From an uncultured Marinilabiliaceae bacterium (GTDB taxonomy: Bacteria > Bacteroidota > Bacteroidia > Bacteroidales > Marinilabiliaceae), in NCBI GenBank assembly GCA_964403175.1, contig CAYOFH010000002.1, positions 9,848-73,847 of the forward strand: a DNA stretch of 64,000 nt, in the 5' to 3' direction. Position 1 is the stretch's first letter. Each line of letters begins with the position of its first letter. The translations under genes were made by a program, and so were the position numbers. The notes beneath the pieces are model-generated. The model did not search any database. It worked only from the letters and a program-made list of their open reading frames with translations, and had not been told where the DNA came from. This document shows positions 41,685 to 51,242 of this stretch, one piece after another.

Positions 41685-41987
41685 TATATTTATCGTTTTT
41701 TTGGGTTTTTAATCTCCCAGGTTTTGTCAACCCGGGCCATCCCTAAGTTCTGCGGTGCTGTTCAACTGCCTTTAAAATATAGGTTCAACGGTAAAACCAA
41801 CTTATGAATAATCAATTATTCACTTCATCAATTCTCTATGCAACAATCTGTATTTATTAGGCATCTGATCATCACATAATGAAAACTTATAAATAGACCA
41901 GGCTAAACTTTTGATTTTACAATATCTTTGCGAAAATATAAAGAAAAAAAGAAACAGCGACAATGCTTTTCAAAAAGGTCAAAATTT

Positions 41988-42434
41988 ATGGATAAAATTG
42001 ATTTTACCGATCAGTATTTTATGAAACAAGCTTTTCAGGAAGCCAAAGAAGCTTTCCGTAAGGATGAAGTACCCGTAGGGGCCGTGGTAGTAAGCCAGGG
42101 AATTATCATTTCCAAGGCTCACAACCTCACAGAAACCCTGAATGATGTAACAGCCCATGCCGAAATGCTGGCTATAACCTCTGCGGCAGAGCAACTGGGT
42201 GGAAAGTATCTTAACAATTGCACTCTTTACGTTACCATGGAACCCTGTACCATGTGTGCCGGTGCTTTAAACTGGTCGCAGACAGGAAAAATTGTCTATG
42301 GCGCAGCAGATGAAAAGCGCGGTTTTAAAAGACTATCACCATCTCCGCTACACCCCAGGACCGAAGTGCTTGGTGGAATTATGGAAAACGAGTGTAGTGA
42401 ACTGGTCAAACAGTTCTTTGCCAAAAAAAGATAA
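41988..42434 (+). CDS. tadA: tRNA adenosine deaminase-like nucleoside deaminase
   Basis: EVPVGAV, TAHAEM, EPCTMC; -7 element TATCTTTG at 41923. Confidence 0.9.
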   Translation: MDKIDFTDQYFMKQAFQEAKEAFRKDEVPVGAVVVSQGIIISKAHNLTETLNDVTAHAEMLAITSAAEQLGGKYLNNCTLYVTMEPCTMCAGALNWSQTGKIVYGAADEKRGFKRLSPSPLHPRTEVLGGIMENECSELVKQFFAKKR

Positions 42435-42470
42435 AAAAGCCCCCTCTCCCGGAACCACGGAAAGAGGGGA
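42433..42470 (-). terminator. Intrinsic terminator of the T9SS cargo gene
   Basis: Minus strand TCCCCTCTTTCCG-TGGTT-CCGGGAGAGGGGG-CTTTTTT. Confidence 0.75.
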
Positions 42471-42495
42471 CAACCCAAGTAACCCTATGAAGTAA

Positions 42496-43320
42496 TTAGC
42501 GAATAACTACTTTCTTTGTTGTCCTGTGATCCCCAACAGTAACACTTACAATATATAATTGGCCACCCGCTAATTCGATTTGATTGAACCCTGATGATGC
42601 CCTGCGGCTGGTCACCATACGTCCGTTTTGAGAAAAAACATCTATACGAGCCTGTGGACCGGGACCTGCAAGTAAAGATTCATCTATACTAACTTGTAAA
42701 CTATTGTTTTTGCTGGAAAACCGGACAGGTTCTTCTTCTTCAAAACTTTCAAATTCCGAAGTAACAACTTTTGAACTACGCGAGAGATGCAATACAAATC
42801 GCTCATGTTCGATTCCCAAAACTGAAGGAGTATAGGTATAAGTCGAAGTCCTAAGGTTAGTATACTGACCCTTTTCCTTATCTTCGAGCACCACATCATA
42901 TTCATCGACAAAATCATCCAGATCGGCAGAAATGGTACACTCATCAAAAATTCTGTTACGAACACTTACTGGAACAGAGATATAGCTTCGTTCGTTTAGT
43001 GCTGCTAATCCGTTTATAGCCATCGCAGAAGTTCCGATTCGGGTAAAAATTTCAGGAATTTTTTCCGATGAATTAAACATCTTGTCAGAATCTTCACGTC
43101 CATATCCATCAGAAAAAGTGTCATAGAAGTATATAACGGTTGCATCGAATATGTATTGATTTTCTATCCTCAGGCGTATAAGATCGTAAACCGTAGTTGA
43201 CTTCAATGAATTTCCTTGAATGTTGACTCCGGAAAATTCATTCATTTGGTTTTGCCCTCCTGCAACTAAAGAAGTTGCTGTTAACAAAACTGCTAATGCG
43301 ATAGAGTAAAATTTTTTCAT
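42496..43320 (-). CDS. Small secreted protein with probable T9SS type-A C-terminal sorting domain
   Basis: Signal peptide MKKFYSIALAVLL; C-terminal IDVFSQNGRMV..GGQLYIVSV..TKKVVIR. Confidence 0.75.
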   Translation of the reverse strand: MKKFYSIALAVLLTATSLVAGGQNQMNEFSGVNIQGNSLKSTTVYDLIRLRIENQYIFDATVIYFYDTFSDGYGREDSDKMFNSSEKIPEIFTRIGTSAMAINGLAALNERSYISVPVSVRNRIFDECTISADLDDFVDEYDVVLEDKEKGQYTNLRTSTYTYTPSVLGIEHERFVLHLSRSSKVVTSEFESFEEEEPVRFSSKNNSLQVSIDESLLAGPGPQARIDVFSQNGRMVTSRRASSGFNQIELAGGQLYIVSVTVGDHRTTKKVVIR

Positions 43321-43376
43321 AGGGCTTTTTTTTCCGGATTTCCGGGTAATTTGTAATTCAAATGGTTTCTTGGCTT

Positions 43377-43646
43377 TAACGAATAAAACTTATTTTTGAC
43401 GAGTGGTTGATTTTATTTGATAAACGCCTCTATACTTTTAACGACACCTACAAGATGAAGGTTTCAATTTTCAACAACCTTTTTTTGATGAACTATATAA
43501 ATTTTTACATTAACACCCCATTTTATTGCAATGAAACCACAAAACAAAAGATTTCGCGCCCCATAGAAAATGACCACAGAACATAATTAAATAACACTGA
43601 ATAGAAGAAAATATATTTGACGAACAAGCCTATTACCATGACGAAC
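43377..43646. promoter_or_regulatory. Direct repeats T(G/A)ACGAAC-like at 20-21 bp spacing (LytTR-type operators?)
   Basis: Copies at 43377, 43397, 43418, 43439, 43486; exact TGACGAAC pair at 43618 and 43639. Confidence 0.5.
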
Positions 43647-43674
43647 GACAATCAAGGCATATTGAAAAAAGCAA

Positions 43675-43711
43675 AAGGACATACATTATCCTACAGGAAT
43701 AGTATGTCCTT
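43675..43711 (-). terminator. Hairpin/terminator downstream of the MEMO-AMMECR1 operon
   Basis: AAGGACATAC...GTATGTCCTT inverted repeat, T-rich tail on minus strand. Confidence 0.6.
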
Positions 43712-43773
43712 CTAAAAAAAAATCCCCAAAAACAAGAACTGCTTCAGGGGATAAATCTTTCTTTTTACTCTTA

Positions 43774-44877
43774 TTACGAAACATCAACTTTGCGCAACAC
43801 ACTCCAGTTGACCATACTGCAAACTTTATCTTTTAAAACGGGGCACTTCTCCTCAATTATCTGCCGTACCTCCATGGGACGCTCCACATTCGAGTCAAAC
43901 AAAGACAGGGGGAACGCCACATCAGAAAGCTCCAGTTCGGTATCCATATTTCTGGTGCCATATGTCCGAATATAAACCTCTTCATATCCTGGTACGATAT
44001 GCCTAACCTCTTTGACATAACTAAAAGCACCTACCCGATCTTCAGCAAAAACAGGATGTACATGAAAAGCATTACTTATCTGCTGCATTAGAATCTGACG
44101 GAATTCCCGACCAGCAATTCCAATAACCATGGCAGTTACAATTCCTCCTGAAATAACAATCTCACCAGGCTGATAGCGCTGGTAATTGTAATGACTGGGA
44201 TGAGTATTCTTGAGATAGGTGGCCCAAAAAAGATTTTCACTTTTCCCAATCGGCCGCACATAAGGATGCAACAGCAAATCTCCCGCCTTGAACTGAAAAA
44301 TTACATTTTCCATATTAATACTGCGTGTGCGAGCAAGTATTTTCTCTTTGAACAGATTATTATGAAATAGAGCTTTCCTATCTGACTCAATAGTTTTGCG
44401 GGGACTAATTTCAGGAAACAGGGATATTCGCACAACTGAAAAAACCGGTTCACCTTTCTGGTTAAAAAGCAAATGAGAGGACTCTATAACGGAATGCCCC
44501 TCTCTACGTGCACGACGAATATCTGTGATCTTAATGGAACAGGAAAAGGTATCACCGGGAAAAGCGGGATTAAGATAAATGGCATCCCTCATTTCAAGTT
44601 TAAGAACACTGGAATGGGCAAAATTTTCTACTCCCAAACTAAGTGTCAGGTTCAACAAAAATCCATAAGGAAGAAAAATCTGATGAAATCCCAGACGTCC
44701 AGCAAATTCTCTACTACTTTCCGGATACGATGCGGTAGGCATAAAACCACTCCACATACTCAATACAGACTCATCCACCGAAATATTGTAACGACTTACA
44801 ATTTCTTTTCCAACAAACACTTTATCCAGATCAAGGCCATATCCGGCCCTGCGATTTGGTTTCAAAAACTCTTCCAT
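43774..44877 (-). CDS. Double hot-dog MaoC-family hydratase resembling mesaconyl-CoA (2-methylfumaryl-CoA) hydratase
   Basis: PAFPGDT..NQKGEPV in the first half; NTHPSHYN, VISGG, PVFAED in the second half. Confidence 0.7.
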   Translation of the reverse strand: MEEFLKPNRRAGYGLDLDKVFVGKEIVSRYNISVDESVLSMWSGFMPTASYPESSREFAGRLGFHQIFLPYGFLLNLTLSLGVENFAHSSVLKLEMRDAIYLNPAFPGDTFSCSIKITDIRRARREGHSVIESSHLLFNQKGEPVFSVVRISLFPEISPRKTIESDRKALFHNNLFKEKILARTRSINMENVIFQFKAGDLLLHPYVRPIGKSENLFWATYLKNTHPSHYNYQRYQPGEIVISGGIVTAMVIGIAGREFRQILMQQISNAFHVHPVFAEDRVGAFSYVKEVRHIVPGYEEVYIRTYGTRNMDTELELSDVAFPLSLFDSNVERPMEVRQIIEEKCPVLKDKVCSMVNWSVLRKVDVS

Positions 44878-44939
44878 ACAATTCTTTCTTCCGGTCAAAA
44901 ATAGCAAAACCCATTGATGGATTCAAACGAAAATAATCA

Positions 44940-47084
44940 TTAAAACCGTTTAAACAACACCAACCCTGCTAAAAGAACTGCCACACCCAGCAGAATTCCA
45001 GCATTTACCAGCCCTGTATAAGGCACCAGAAATATGGCTGTAAGAAAGGATCCGATCGCTCCTCCGGCAACATCAGCTCCATAAACCAATGCTGCACCTT
45101 TCGGAACACTTCCGGAATAAAGGGAAACTCCTGCAACAAAAACGGCACCACCTAAAACAGATAACACAAATACGAATAACATAACAGCTATTGGAAATAG
45201 CCAGGAATATCCAATGGTATCCAATAGCGGAACAGCAGAAATTACAAAAGCAGACAACACAATTAATAGTACCGGAAAATATCGGGCTTTAAAAAAGACA
45301 ACATTTCGGTGTCCCAGCAGAGCCCCAATGGCCAGGCCGGCCATAAAGAAAGAGAATAATAACCCTGTAGCTCGAAACAAGCCCCCCATAATAAGCTGCC
45401 AGTGAAGCAGTAATACAACCTGCATTCCACCCATCACCATTCCGGCAAGATAAACTCCCCGGGCACTCTCCCGAAAAAGAAGAAGGCCGGCTATAAACAA
45501 AACACCAACCACCAATGCAAACCAATACAATTCAGTATCCCAGAAATTACTCATGTCATTTAGAGCCAATTGAAATAAAACAGGTCGTACCCTGGTATTG
45601 GCATCTGCCTGAATATCCAGCAACTTTTCAACCCTGGAAATTTGATCGGCTAATTGCCTTTCCGGAATCACGTCCGCACGAATAAAGCGGTTCCGACTTA
45701 ACACTTCTTCGTGATAATCCCACCAATCACCTTTTATCTGTTGACGTGAAGCTATTAAAAAAACTTTATTGCCTGCCCAAATCCTTCGCCATGAAAAAAC
45801 TTCCCCCACAGTTTTGTCCAGCACCCTTAAAATATCAAGACGTGTTTTACTAAGGAACGGCGAATAATCGATCCCTCCTGTAACCAACAATCCGGCAGGG
45901 TCAAGATTAGCAGCGATCAGCTCAAAAAAATCGGTTGTATAAAACCTTGTCGACGCCAAATTATATGGAATACCTCCTCCTAAAAGCACAACATCATAAG
46001 ATTGTCTCTCTAACTTTTTCAAAAACCGAAGAGGGTCTTCACCTACAAATTTAACGCGCTTTAAAGAATGACTTCCGGAAACTTCCAGAAATTCTTTTTC
46101 AAGTTCAACAAGAGCTTTATCGGGAGAAACAAAAGTCACTTCAAGTCCCTCATAATTAAGAGCCTCTCTAACCAAACCGGGTTTCGCATTAATCAACAAA
46201 ATATTCCGGGGACAAGGATGCAACATCAATGCAGGATGCAGTAATTCCTCATACTGCTGTGGAAGTAAACCTCCGGGAAAGAATTTGCCACCTGCAAAAT
46301 ATTCTTTGGCTGCACTCTCCCCAAAAACATTTATACTTCCATGCGGCGAAAAAAAAGTTTTGGATACCTGCTTCCCTCCAGCAATCATTTCACGCGCAGG
46401 CCGATATTGAGGTAAAAACCAGAGCACCAACACCAACAAAACTCCAACATATGCCAAACTCCGGAACTTACCCTTCCTCACAGGAGCAACAAGATACAAG
46501 GCGGTGAGGAAATTCAGAATAACCAACAGTGTAAGCGATGAAAAAGCATTAAGCCACAAAACGGGAATCAGATAAAATAAAACACCTGCAAACAAACTCC
46601 CCAATTGTTCTGAAATATAGACGCGCTCGGTGTGTCTTTCTCCGTAATTTTCGCTCAAAGCAGCGGAAAACCAGGTAAACATCATTCCGGTAGGAAAACA
46701 AAACACAAAGGTGACCAGAGCTGTTGTAAGCAGCCAGTCAGAAATTCCAGTAACACCATCTCCGACCAAATATATTTTAGCAAGATAAATTGTCCACAGA
46801 GACAGCAGTGCTGTAATTCCTGAAATAAAAGGAAAAAGTCCGGCGTGCCCCCATTTAAAAGCCCGAAAAAACCTGGCAGTAAAAGCTCCGCCACCGGAAA
46901 AAAGCATCCAGAAGGAAAGAAAAACCCCAACAATTAACTCATTAACAACAAAAAGAGAGGTCATCTCCCTCAACAAGATAACCTGCACCAGAAGCATGGA
47001 AAAACCACTCACAAAAACGGCCAATCGTCCCTTAAAAAGGGTTGAGGAAGCAAAAAAGGGGCTTGGCTTGCTTGTAATCGGCAT
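44940..47084 (-). CDS. Polytopic membrane protein with central spermidine-synthase-like domain
   Basis: N- and C-terminal TM bundles (QVILLRE, VYGADVAGG); central EELLHPALMLHP..RNILLI, FYTTDFF..L.PAG. Confidence 0.8.
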   Translation of the reverse strand: MPITSKPSPFFASSTLFKGRLAVFVSGFSMLLVQVILLREMTSLFVVNELIVGVFLSFWMLFSGGGAFTARFFRAFKWGHAGLFPFISGITALLSLWTIYLAKIYLVGDGVTGISDWLLTTALVTFVFCFPTGMMFTWFSAALSENYGERHTERVYISEQLGSLFAGVLFYLIPVLWLNAFSSLTLLVILNFLTALYLVAPVRKGKFRSLAYVGVLLVLVLWFLPQYRPAREMIAGGKQVSKTFFSPHGSINVFGESAAKEYFAGGKFFPGGLLPQQYEELLHPALMLHPCPRNILLINAKPGLVREALNYEGLEVTFVSPDKALVELEKEFLEVSGSHSLKRVKFVGEDPLRFLKKLERQSYDVVLLGGGIPYNLASTRFYTTDFFELIAANLDPAGLLVTGGIDYSPFLSKTRLDILRVLDKTVGEVFSWRRIWAGNKVFLIASRQQIKGDWWDYHEEVLSRNRFIRADVIPERQLADQISRVEKLLDIQADANTRVRPVLFQLALNDMSNFWDTELYWFALVVGVLFIAGLLLFRESARGVYLAGMVMGGMQVVLLLHWQLIMGGLFRATGLLFSFFMAGLAIGALLGHRNVVFFKARYFPVLLIVLSAFVISAVPLLDTIGYSWLFPIAVMLFVFVLSVLGGAVFVAGVSLYSGSVPKGAALVYGADVAGGAIGSFLTAIFLVPYTGLVNAGILLGVAVLLAGLVLFKRF

Positions 47085-47205
47085 CGGCAATATTATTATT
47101 TAAATTTTATATCCTCCTTTTCTAATCCCCCAAATGCTCCTAATTATAATACAGTTGGAATAGCTACACAATTAATCCGGCTTCCAACCTCCAAACATCG
47201 AAAGA

Positions 47206-48633
47206 CTATTGATCTCCAAAGACCAAAGCTTCATAAACAAAGATATCAGCATCTTTCCATTCATCCCATCCCAATCCTGCTTTATCCTTCGCACAATGAC
47301 CAAGCAATTCCTCTCTACTCCACCCCGTATTAGCGGCAACCTGAGGTAAAAATGTTCCGCTGCGTCCATCTTTTCGCAGGTATATTCCATGTTTCCCGGG
47401 AACAATTTCCCTGATATCATTTATCTTTCTCTTAGGCGTTAATACAGAAATCTCGACAACCATATTTTTAACCTCATCTCTGGTTACAGGGTAAAAACGA
47501 GGATCTTGCATAGCAGCACTTTCGGTCATTTGATCAACTTGCTTCCAAAGAGGAGCCTCACCCTCAAAATTGCCGATACAGCCACGCAAATTCCCGTCTT
47601 TATACAACGAAACAAATACTCCGACATGAGCCTGCAAATTAGTAGAAATCACATCTGCGGGCTCTTCGGGTTCATTCCCATCCACAATTGCCTCAAGAGT
47701 TTTGTGCGATCGTTCCAACAGCCACTGTTTTTCTTCAAAATTCAAAGAAAAAACACTCTCTTCACCTTTTGTTTTAGTCTGCCGGAAAGCTGCGATAGCA
47801 TAATAACCCACCACACGGTTTTTATCTCCAAAGGGAGAATCCCCGGAGTTTCTATACTCAATCTTTTCATACCTGATATTATTCTGATTATGGGTAATAT
47901 GTTGCAACATTAAAACTGATGTCCATCCGCACAGACTCGTTGCCAGTCCATCAACATTCTGACTTTTATTTTTATCCAAAACTTTTAACAATTCTTCCGG
48001 ATTATTCTTCAAAATAGCATTTGCAGTTCGTTCATCTATCTCCTTGGAGTCGTCATACGAAGGATAGTGTGAAAAATCAGTACTTATTACAAACAAATTG
48101 CCGGGCCTAAACCATTCAGCCAGTATTTTGCCCACTTCCGAAGCCCCTGCCATATCGTGAGGCCCCATAATAACCGGAACCAATTTAAAAGGATGCTTCA
48201 GGTGATATTGCAAAAACGGCAACTCTACCTCAAGGGAATGCTCATCTTTATGTACAAAGGGGTCTGAAGAAATAACCTGACTACTGTCAACTAGTTTATT
48301 CACAACATCCATATCAATCTCAACTCTTCCCAAAGGAGTAATATAATCTCCCCGGTTATACACGGAAGCACCCTCAAACCCAGATCTGTGACTTGAACCT
48401 ACAAGAAAGATCCGTTCAAAATCAGCATCCCCAGGTATTTGGTTAAAACCTGATGCAGCCACACTACCGGAATAGACATACCCTGCATGGGGCACAATAA
48501 TTGCGGCCACCTCTTCATCACTGATTCCCGGGGAGGCCTGATCAAAAAGTTTTCTGAGGTGCTCTTTTAATTTATCCGAATCTTTCTCGTAAAACATCCC
48601 AGCTACTGCCGGCTCTCTATCTTGAAATTGCAT
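47206..48633 (-). CDS. AmmeMemoRadiSam protein B (MEMO1) - protein A (AMMECR1) fusion
   Basis: REPAVAGMFY, PHAGYVYSG, EHSLEVELPFLQ, STDFSHY; then GVFVSL, LRGCIG, DPRF, TFLPQVA. Confidence 0.93.
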   Translation of the reverse strand: MQFQDREPAVAGMFYEKDSDKLKEHLRKLFDQASPGISDEEVAAIIVPHAGYVYSGSVAASGFNQIPGDADFERIFLVGSSHRSGFEGASVYNRGDYITPLGRVEIDMDVVNKLVDSSQVISSDPFVHKDEHSLEVELPFLQYHLKHPFKLVPVIMGPHDMAGASEVGKILAEWFRPGNLFVISTDFSHYPSYDDSKEIDERTANAILKNNPEELLKVLDKNKSQNVDGLATSLCGWTSVLMLQHITHNQNNIRYEKIEYRNSGDSPFGDKNRVVGYYAIAAFRQTKTKGEESVFSLNFEEKQWLLERSHKTLEAIVDGNEPEEPADVISTNLQAHVGVFVSLYKDGNLRGCIGNFEGEAPLWKQVDQMTESAAMQDPRFYPVTRDEVKNMVVEISVLTPKRKINDIREIVPGKHGIYLRKDGRSGTFLPQVAANTGWSREELLGHCAKDKAGLGWDEWKDADIFVYEALVFGDQ

Positions 48634-48795
48634 AATATTTGTTTTTAATAAACTACTTCTAAAGTTACAAACATAAAACAGAGCATCAAAAAAAGATAGA
48701 CATTAATTCACTAAAGGCCCGATATTTAAAGGAGAGAAAACATTTTTTAACGAGATTTTTTCTTTAAAAGGCTTGCGAGTTTCAAATGAAGCCCC

Positions 48796-48803
48796 TATTT
48801 TTG
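48796..48803 (+). promoter_or_regulatory. -7 promoter element TATTTTTG for the tRNA
   Basis: Consensus match 24 nt before the tRNA 5' end. Confidence 0.7.
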
Positions 48804-48826
48804 CACCGCGTTTGAGAGAAACGGAT

Positions 48827-48902
48827 GACTCAGTAGCTCAGCTGGTAGAGCACGTCCCTTTTAAGGATGGGGTCCAGGGTTCGAATCCCTGCTGGGTCAC
48901 CA
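48827..48902 (+). tRNA. tRNA-Lys (anticodon UUU)
   Basis: 76 nt; acceptor GACTCAG/CTGGGTC, D arm GCTCAGCTGGTAGAGC, anticodon loop CTTTTAA, GTTCGAATC, encoded CCA. Confidence 0.97.
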
Positions 48903-48941
48903 AAGCAAGAAACCACTCATTTCCGGGTGGTTTCTTGCTTT
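48903..48941 (+). terminator. Terminator after the tRNA
   Basis: AAGCAAGAAACCACTC-ATTTCC-GGGTGGTTTCTTGCTT. Confidence 0.85.
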
Positions 48942-49198
48942 ATAACTACTCCCTGACAGAAATCATACCTGCTTTGCCCCCTGCTTCGTAATTTAGATTT
49001 AGAAACAAGCATCGTTATGGGCAGACGATCAAAAAACCATGCTTCATTGAATATTAGCCGGGGAGGTAACATCCGCCTCCCCTGACCGACCATTGTTACA
49101 TCATAAATTTTCAGCCCAAAACGAAGGACTTCCCACCAGCATCAAACAACTCCGGCCAGCAAGTAAACCATCCGTTTATTAAAACAAACAAATCTCTC

Positions 49199-50704
49199 AT
49201 GGAAAAAACGCATCAAATATCTCCACACCCACTAACCCTCGAAGTAATTCATGACATTCTTGACCATCAAAAAAAACTTGAGCTGTCGAAAGAGTCTACC
49301 CATCAAATTGTCCGGTGTAAGGAGTGGCTCGATCATAAGCTTCAAACTGAAGACGGCCCTGTTTATGGAATCAATACAGGCTTTGGTGCATTACATAACC
49401 GGTCGGTGTCAAAAAAGGATCTCTCCAAACTTCAGGAGAACCTTTTATTGAGCCATGCCTGTGGTACAGGGCCGGAAGTCCCACGCGATGTTGTACGACT
49501 GATGTTACTTTTAAAAATACATGCACTGAGTCTTGGAAAATCTGGTGTTCAACTGAAAACCGTAACACGGTTAATTGAATTCTTCAATAAAGGCATCGTT
49601 CCCGTAGTTTTGGAAGTAGGTTCTTTAGGGGCATCAGGCGATCTGGCTCCACTGGCTCATCTTTTTCTGCCTCTTTTAGGCCATGGAGAAGTATGGCTAG
49701 GGGATGAAAAAATCCTAGCTTCAGAAATGCTTAACAGAAACAACTGGAGCCCGGTAAAACTGGAAGCAAAAGAAGGATTGGCGCTACTCAACGGAACACA
49801 GTTCATGAGTGCTCATGCAGTTTATACACTACTCCGGGCTTTCAGATTGGAACTACAGGCAGACATGATTGCAGCACTCAGTCTGGATGCTTTCAACGGG
49901 AGAATAGATCCTTTTTTGGAAATACTTCACTCCGTGAGACCCCATCCCGGACAAATTGAAACTGCACGACACATCAGAAAATTGCTGGAAGGAAGTGAGC
50001 TAATCAGCAAAAAAGACAAAAAAATTCAGGACCCCTATTCGTTTAGATGTATCCCTCAGGTTCATGGAGCTGTAAAGGATGCGATGGACTATGTAGCCAG
50101 GATAGTAGAGACAGAAATTAACTCCGTAACTGACAATCCGATTGTTTTTCCCGATGAGGAAAGGATCATTTCGGGTGGAAATTTTCACGGCGAACCACTA
50201 GCTCTTGCCTTAGACTTTCTCGGTATCGCCATCAGTGAGTTGGCCAGCATTTCGGAACGCAGAATTTACCGATTAATTTCTGGCGAACGGGGGTTACCCG
50301 TATTTCTGGTGGCCAATCCGGGACTCAATTCCGGATTTATGATACCTCAATATACTGCCGCATCCATTGTAAGTCTGAACAAGCAAATGGCTACCCCGTC
50401 GTCCGTAGATAGTATACCTTCGTCCAACGAACAGGAAGATCATGTAAGCATGGGAGGCAATGCTGCTACCAAAGCCTTGAAAATTGTTTACAATGCAGAG
50501 AGAGTTCTGGGTATTGAATTGTTTAATGCTTCACAGGCACTGGATTTCAGAAGACCGGGAAAAACTTCCCCCTTTTTGGAAAACATGATAACTGAATTCA
50601 GACAGCATGTCCCATTTATTCATGAAGATAAAATTATGTACATGGAAATTGAGAAGTCGGTGGAATTTCTAAGTGCCAAACCCACTGCATATTTCAGGCC
50701 TTAG
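49199..50704 (+). CDS. hutH: Histidine ammonia-lyase
   Basis: VYGINTGFG, SHACG, GASGDLAPL (MIO), QDPYSFRC, SGGNFHG, QEDHVSM. Confidence 0.96.
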   Translation: MEKTHQISPHPLTLEVIHDILDHQKKLELSKESTHQIVRCKEWLDHKLQTEDGPVYGINTGFGALHNRSVSKKDLSKLQENLLLSHACGTGPEVPRDVVRLMLLLKIHALSLGKSGVQLKTVTRLIEFFNKGIVPVVLEVGSLGASGDLAPLAHLFLPLLGHGEVWLGDEKILASEMLNRNNWSPVKLEAKEGLALLNGTQFMSAHAVYTLLRAFRLELQADMIAALSLDAFNGRIDPFLEILHSVRPHPGQIETARHIRKLLEGSELISKKDKKIQDPYSFRCIPQVHGAVKDAMDYVARIVETEINSVTDNPIVFPDEERIISGGNFHGEPLALALDFLGIAISELASISERRIYRLISGERGLPVFLVANPGLNSGFMIPQYTAASIVSLNKQMATPSSVDSIPSSNEQEDHVSMGGNAATKALKIVYNAERVLGIELFNASQALDFRRPGKTSPFLENMITEFRQHVPFIHEDKIMYMEIEKSVEFLSAKPTAYFRP

Positions 50705-51203
50705 TTATATTCCCGACTGGCAACTCATCACAACCTTCACAGGAGGATTCTTTTCCCTTTCTGATGAGATGAAGCATCTTTTTCTTAAACTCATGCTCTG
50801 CCCCGTAAAGCTTAATGATTTGATCAATGGAAATTATCTTCTTAAATTTTTCATGGTATTGCTTCTCTACTCTGGCTTTTTCCAGTTCATGATTTATATA
50901 CCTATCAACAGCCTCCTCTTTTTCTTCTTTAGTCAGCTTTTTCTCAGAACCATATAATCTATCAATGTTATCCATCTTTTCTTTCCAGAGTTCATCCATC
51001 TTAGCGCTCATTTCGTTGTAAACAGGCCAGAACTTCTGCGCATCTTCTGAACTCAGACCAATGCGTTCGGTTAAAAAAGCTACCTTTTGCGATTTTAACC
51101 GTTCAATTCTGGAATCTTTTTCACCATTCTGGGCAGAAACAAACAAAGAAAAGGACTGACCAACAAAAAAGATGGCAAATAATATGTAATTAAAATTCTT
51201 CAT
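50694..51203 (-). CDS. Periplasmic helical protein (Spy/CpxP-like), ECF-associated
   Basis: Signal peptide; KVAFLTERIGLS..AQKFWPVYN. Confidence 0.7.
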   Translation of the reverse strand: MKNFNYILFAIFFVGQSFSLFVSAQNGEKDSRIERLKSQKVAFLTERIGLSSEDAQKFWPVYNEMSAKMDELWKEKMDNIDRLYGSEKKLTKEEKEEAVDRYINHELEKARVEKQYHEKFKKIISIDQIIKLYGAEHEFKKKMLHLIRKGKESSCEGCDELPVGNITKA

Positions 51204-51242
51204 GGTGTTGTATTTTCAGGAACAAATAAGAATAATAATAAA

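Noticed and set aside
48827-48960. tRNA as integration site of a genomic island
   Set aside because: No integrase and no duplicated tRNA 3' end seen; flanks are ordinary genes.
49001-49085. Possible seventh repeat copy (GAAACAAGCAT) or riboswitch upstream of hutH
   Set aside because: Only ~11 nt match with no right arm or tail; the GGGGAGG/CCTCCCC hairpin lacks a U-tract and no aptamer was recognised.
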